Shown here piece after piece: positions 58,660 through 64,000 of a DNA stretch of 64,000 nt (positions are counted from its first letter, which is position 1; the number at the start of each line of letters is the position of its first letter). The notes under the pieces are model-generated. The model did not search any database. It was not told the DNA's origin and was given only the letters and a program-made list of their open reading frames with translations. Source of the DNA: Diplonema japonicum (lineage: Eukaryota; Protista; Euglenozoa: Diplonemea); the NCBI GenBank assembly GCA_964019335.1, contig OZ025668.1, positions 1-64,000 of the forward strand. Reading direction: 5' to 3'. The position numbers and the translations under genes were made by a program.

Positions 58660-58725
58660 AAAAAAAGAAAAGAAAAAAGAGACATTTAAAAAGAGAAATA
58701 AAAAAAGCGCAGTATGACAGAAGAG

Positions 58726-60989
58726 TCACGAGTGCAAGGTGTCGACGTTGAGGATAAGGATCATCACAGTGATGTCGTCCTTTGACCCACGCTCCTTTGC
58801 CTCTGCGACAACGGCCTCTGCAAGTATCTGGTAGTCATCGAAGGAAACGGAGGCGGCGGAGCTCGTACTCCCGGTGGCGCGGAGGTCGTTGCGGCTGCAG
58901 TGCGCGGCCATTGCACGCCGTCTGTTTATAGGAGTTAAAATAAAACTTGCAAAAAAAAGAAAAAAAGACTTTTCAACTTGATTCACTCAAATGAGTAAAC
59001 AATTAACACCAACCAGTATGTGGGAGGCATGCTGGATAGGTTACTTGCCAGACCTTGTCCAATGTAATGGGATAAGGACTCTCCGTTGAGGGGCAGGGTG
59101 GGCTCTCCATGTGTACCTCACAATTAACAGGAACCACCACAGAGAGATTTGAAACATTATTGGTCCCCTTAAAAAAGAGAAAAAAAACCATACAAACTGT
59201 TCACAGATGCAACTGAAGAAGACCTCTCAAGCTCGTTCTGGTCGCTGTCACGTGTGCTGTGTGCAATGAACAAATAATGCAAAACATACAATTTCGAAGA
59301 AAACGACTCCCTGCACTCCATAGGGCTCATGAGCTGGCTCTTCTGCCCTTGTGCTGCAGCATCCACCTCGCCCTTGCACTGCGTTACATATTCCACTACT
59401 TCTTCCGCAGACATAACGTCCCACAACCCATCTGTCGCTAGCACGATGAAGTCATCCTGCGGAGTCAGCTCCATCGTCGTCACGTGCGGATCTCTCCTTA
59501 GGTACTCCTTGCACGGTCTGTCACCTATGCTCCTCGTCACTGACACCATCCCCTCCACCCTCGAAAAGCCCCCTACCTGCACTATCTCTCCCCCGTAGCT
59601 CATCACAGCCTCCTTCTCCAACGCCTGATCAGGGCGGTGGCACTCTGTTAGACTGATGGGGCTGTTATTCCTGCAGAGTATCGCACCGCTGTCTCCCAAG
59701 TTCGCTACATGCAGCGTGCCGTTTGTGATGAACACTGTCGTGGCGGTCGTCCCAGCGTCCACTGCAATCACGTCCGCCACCTGCGAGAAGTCCCTGTGGA
59801 CTTTTTTGAAGCCCTCGGTCATTGCCATCTTCATGTCGCTGGGGTAATGGGGGCTTGTTCTTATGCTGGGGATAAGGAACTGCACGCAGTACTGAGCGGC
59901 TTCCAAACCACCATGCCCGTCGAAGACCCCGCAGGCGTAGTCGGACCCGGGCAGCTGCAGGTATGATGACAGGTTCCGGTACGTCACACATCTGTCCTCA
60001 TTGAGGGACCTCCCCCCCTCGGATGCCCATACGGTCTCTATGTCGTACTGCGCGGTGTCGAAGCCATTTACAACGACCGCGGACAGGGGTGTAGTGGCTG
60101 TGGATAGGACACTGTCAAACTCCTTCTGCGAAGGGACCGAGTCGTTGACGTGTGCCAGTGCCTTGGCGTACAGGTTGTTGAATTTGAAGAGATCGATGTA
60201 CTTGTCTGTGTAGACACCCTTGTGCAGCTCCACAAGCATGACGTGCATCATGAGCAGCCTCAGCTCCTCCGGCGTGCGGATGAAGTCAAGAGGCGTGTGG
60301 TGTGTCTTTTTCGAGTAATTTGAACGGGAACCCAACTTAGCAGGACACTTAGTCTTGAGCCATTCATGGGATGAAATATCATCGGTGTTCATGAGAGACG
60401 TGATGAAAGAAACGTAGGAGGGGCACACCCCCCGCAGGTGAGCTTTTGTCGGCATTTTGCCGAAAATTGACAAATGTATCCATTCGGCAAGCCCGATGTG
60501 GTCGTTGCAGCCCCCTGGGGGGTCGGGGGTGAGGTACCAGTCGTGTAGCCTAATGATGCCCTCACGGGTGATGCTGATGTTGTTGGGCTTCAGGTTGCAG
60601 GACCTTATTTTGCAGCGTGATTTGAGGTACTTGCAGACGGAGAGTATAAGACTAACTGTCTGCGGAGCTGTTTGCAGTGTGAGGTATTGCCGACTGTCGT
60701 CGCCCTCCCACGCGGTCGCCAGAAACACGTGCCCGAACTCCCGGAATATTTCCACTATGGAGGAGAGGTTTCTATGCTGCACGTCTTGCGTGCTTCTGAA
60801 GTACTCTACATCCTGTTCTGTCTCTCTTATGATTCTCAATGCATATGTGATCCCGTACTTAGAGCAGCGCAGTGTGTTCTGCGATAGCTTGCCCATCACG
60901 AGGTACCCGTGGATGGTCTTACCATTCCAATCTTCATCGCCATTTATGCTGGAGCTCCTTCGTCTGGAGACATCCATGGCGGCCCCCAT
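58726..60989 (-). CDS. N-terminal pseudokinase-like domain fused to PP2C (PPM) phosphatase; introns 59257-59289 and 58922-59193
   Basis: NED, GVFDGHGG, DAGTTA, ANLGDS, VTRSIGD, LATDGLWD, GSKDDIT; kinase remnants HRNLSSIVEIF and CNLKPNNI. Confidence 0.88.
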
Positions 60990-61058
60990 TGAAGCTACCT
61001 AGAAGTTTTGTTTAAAAAAAATTGCTGAAAATTAAATATAAAAACAAAAAAGACGTTT

Positions 61059-61472
61059 TCATCTTGATCGTTGAAGCGGGTCAGGGCTGAGATCGCCCTC
61101 TTCCGTATGGAACACCTCGTCCCCTGGGTAGGAAAACATGGACACACCGTTGTAATGCTCATGGTACAGTGAGTATATGTCAAAGGTCAGGTGTGCTGCA
61201 ACATAAAAGCATACCATCCTCAAAGCAAGCATAACCACGTATCGCTTTGCCTGTTTTTGCAACTCTGTGGGCTGCCCGTCCCACCTGCTGCTGGTCCCTT
61301 TCTTCAAGAATTCCACGACCTGCCTCATGTCCATCCGAGTAATTTCCTTTCTTGTGAACTTCGATTCACCATCCAGCTTCGCCTCCAAATCCGCTCTTGT
61401 TTTCTCCCGCTTGCTTACCACACGGGGCTTTACCTTTGGCTTTGCCAGTAATGGCCTGCACCATCGATACAT
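61059..61472 (-). CDS. Small single-pass protein with basic N-terminus (possible mitochondrial targeting)
   Basis: MYRWCRPLLAKPK..., one hydrophobic segment, on the gene strand. Confidence 0.65.
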   Translation of the reverse strand: MYRWCRPLLAKPKVKPRVVSKREKTRADLEAKLDGESKFTRKEITRMDMRQVVEFLKKGTSSRWDGQPTELQKQAKRYVVMLALRMVCFYVAAHLTFDIYSLYHEHYNGVSMFSYPGDEVFHTEEGDLSPDPLQRSR

Positions 61473-62104
61473 TGTTTTTTTTTTTTTTTTCTTTGGAAAA
61501 AAAAAAAAAAAAAACCTTTTTTGTAACTCTTTTTTTGTAGTGTGGCCCTCCTAACGAGGTGGCTACAAGGGCAAAAAAAAAAAAAAAAACCGAGAAAATA
61601 TAAGGAAAAAAAAGGGGAGAGGAATAGAATAAGAAAAAGAGAATGAAAAAAAAAACCCCCCAGCCCGCCCATTGCCACCCCCAGACCTAGTGCGCATAGT
61701 GGTCAAATGCGGGTGGCAAATAGGTGGCAAAAAGAATGGGGGGGTTCACTGCAAAAAAATCTGGGTGGGGGGCATCATCAAATATAAAAAAAGAGACATT
61801 TAAAAAAATCATGCCCATCCAATGCACGTCATCAGTCGCTGAAAAAAAAAAAAAAAACGGCACGCAAAAAAAAAAAGAAGAAAATCAGCTTTTTCAAAGA
61901 CCAGCCAAGAGTCAACGGGAGTTCACCTGCAGCAGCACAGCGAGGGCAAGGACGTTTCCCGGAGGAGCAGCCACTTACGTCCCGACAGTACTACAACAAA
62001 CTTACCTCCTCGAGCAGATACGTATCCTGATCAGTCTGCCTTTTGGCCACCACGTGGGTGTAGAAAAAGAAAAAGGGGAGAGTGATGAAGTAGCTAGTGG
62101 ACGC

Positions 62105-62174
62105 CGGAAAGCTATAAAGGCTGCACTGCCCGGGGGTACCCCATTTTTAGACAAAGTCAAAAGACTCGTTCTTG
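62105..62174. repeat. Degenerate family B block
   Basis: GGAAAGCTATAA..CCATT.TTAGACAAAGTCAAAAGACTCGTTCTTG resembles 57055-57115. Confidence 0.6.
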
Positions 62175-64000
62175 GAGGGGTGGGAGGGATGGGAGGGGGC
62201 TTTCTTTTGCTTTGTTGTATTAGGTCGGACAAAAGATTCAGGAAATCAAAAAAAAAAAAAAGAGAATTAAAACATGCCTTGATTATTTTTTTTCTTTTCT
62301 TTTTTTTGTATTATTTTATCTTAGAAAGAAATCTCACCATTCAAACAAGGTCATCGAAAAAGGTTACAAACCTCGAAATCTCCGACCAAAAATATGCTTC
62401 CTAGTGAACCTATCGCTTTCTTTTTTTTTTTTTTTCATCTTTTCGTTTTTTGTTCAAGGAAATAGAGAAGACCCTGCTAGCAAATCTATCTTCTGAAGTT
62501 ATCATACATTAGAAAAACTAGTCATGGGTGGAGGGGGGGGGGATATCTTAAAGGCGTTATTGAAAAAGAGAAAAAACAAGAGCATCTCCTGCAACTTCAT
62601 GTGTAAGAGAATTGCCCAGTCTGATGGCGATCAGCAGGCAGGTGCCACGCAGGACGTGAAGGCTCCCTGTGGGTGTCCATCCGGCCATAGAAGGACAGCA
62701 TTGCACACAACCGTAGTGTTCCTGCCTTGCTCCAGTAAGAAAATAGATAAGAAAAAACAGATTAGAGAAGAAAAAAAAAAAAGGCAAGAGAACAAAAATA
62801 GGGGTCCTCTGTTTGTTTCTACCACTATGAACATAAGTGTCCTTATTTCTAAAGGAAAAAGAAAAGGGGGGACGTAACTTTTTCTCTCTTCTTGTTTCTT
62901 TTTTTTTTTTTTTTTTCTTGCTTCTCTCTTTCACCCCAAAAGAAGAAGTCGGTCAAACGTTGTTCTGTACTGCTGTCCATGGTGCTTTGGAAAGGAGAAG
63001 AATTCTTCCATGGACAGAGTGTTGGAACCTTAAGAAGAACAAAAGTCACGGCCTGTCGACACAAGCTGCTACTCGGAAAATAAAAATTTAAGCTTTTTGT
63101 TGCCTCACACTTTTCGCGTTTAGTAGGGGGGAGGGGTCAAAAAAAAAAGGCGATGTTTTTCAAGGGCAAATCCCACTTGGGGACTACCCTTAAAAAAAAT
63201 AAGAACGAAGGAAACGAAGGATAACAACTCGACAAAAAAAAAAGTCTATCTTTTTTTGCAGTGCGCTGCTTGGCACCCACCACGGGCTGGGGATCCTACA
63301 CCTGCATGCAAAGAAAGGTGGGTTAGCGCAAGCAGCACCACGGCCTTCAAAGATCTCATTCTGGAAGCCAGTGCACACCAAATGAGGTTACGCAAAACGG
63401 AGAAAATTAAGGGCGAAGCAAAAAATCCTCAAAATCAGTTTGTGTGTTCGTGCCTAAGGCTGTTAAGGAGGCACGCTAACATCAAAATAAAAAAAGGGGG
63501 GGATGCGTTTGTACAACTCCTCTTCTCCCAACCTAAATTCACCCATTATCACATGCCTGAACTACATGGAGGGGATGCACAAAAACCACAATCACCATGA
63601 GATGAGAGAGAGAACTGATAGCGCTAAAAAAAGGGGGAACATAAAGCAATTGGGTGCAAAATCAAGTAACGTTGCGCAAGAAGAAAAACAATATTTAGGC
63701 AGCACGGGGGAAAATAAAAATACAAGAGACTAAAATAAAATAAAAAAAGAAAAGAAAAGACGAAGAAGAATATACAATCTAACCTCAGTCTAGCTCCCTT
63801 TTTTCTTCTCATTGTAATACAAGCTTTTAATGGGAAAATAAAATAAAAATGGAACACAGTATCCCTACAGTAAACTATTACTGACAGCAGAAGAGAACGT
63901 GGGTACATCCCTTTCCCCTTTTTTATCTTCATGAACCTTCCTTCTTTTTTTTCTTTTTTCTTTTCATTCTCATTTTTCATTTTTCTACCAGAGGCCGGGG

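Noticed and set aside
6099-59289. Programmed frameshifts, stop-codon recoding or non-canonical introns to explain split ORFs
   Set aside because: Every break is resolved by a canonical GT-AG intron under the standard code.

Overview
Eukaryotic nuclear DNA, very probably from a diplonemid (Euglenozoa). All 24 complete protein genes I can support lie head-to-tail on the minus strand, as in a polycistronic unit. Many start codons sit a few nt after an AG trans-splice-like acceptor. Three near-complete genomic copies of a diplonemid-type spliced-leader (SL) exon (ACCAACGATTCTAAAGCTACAGTTTCTGTACTTTATTG) occur on the same strand. Genes are packed in dense blocks (often 50-170 nt apart) and are interrupted by tiny GTA...AG introns, mostly 30-40 nt. 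None of the 29 introns I could place lies within about 450 nt of the start codon. The blocks alternate with homopolymer-rich deserts (27-39.8, 48-49.1, 56.9-58.7 and 61.5-64 kb) that hold most of the mobile elements. These are a dispersed SL-headed SINE-like family (5 copies, all SL-sense to the genes), a piggyBac derivative and a decayed Crypton-like tyrosine-recombinase element. Outside the deserts are a second SL-headed element whose ORF runs into a (GCAAACCC)51 array and a Sola-like TIR element inserted in the centre of a palindromic 36-nt intron. Recognisable genes include UBA5, PXMP4, an aprataxin-like HIT protein, a Rab32/38/29-like GTPase, an SLC38A9-like transporter, a Ser/Cys proline-racemase-family enzyme, a pseudokinase-PP2C fusion, an F-box/Ras-like fusion and a motor-less protein with two dynein MTBD-like domains. 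All exon-intron models and family calls were made by eye; no database searches were run.
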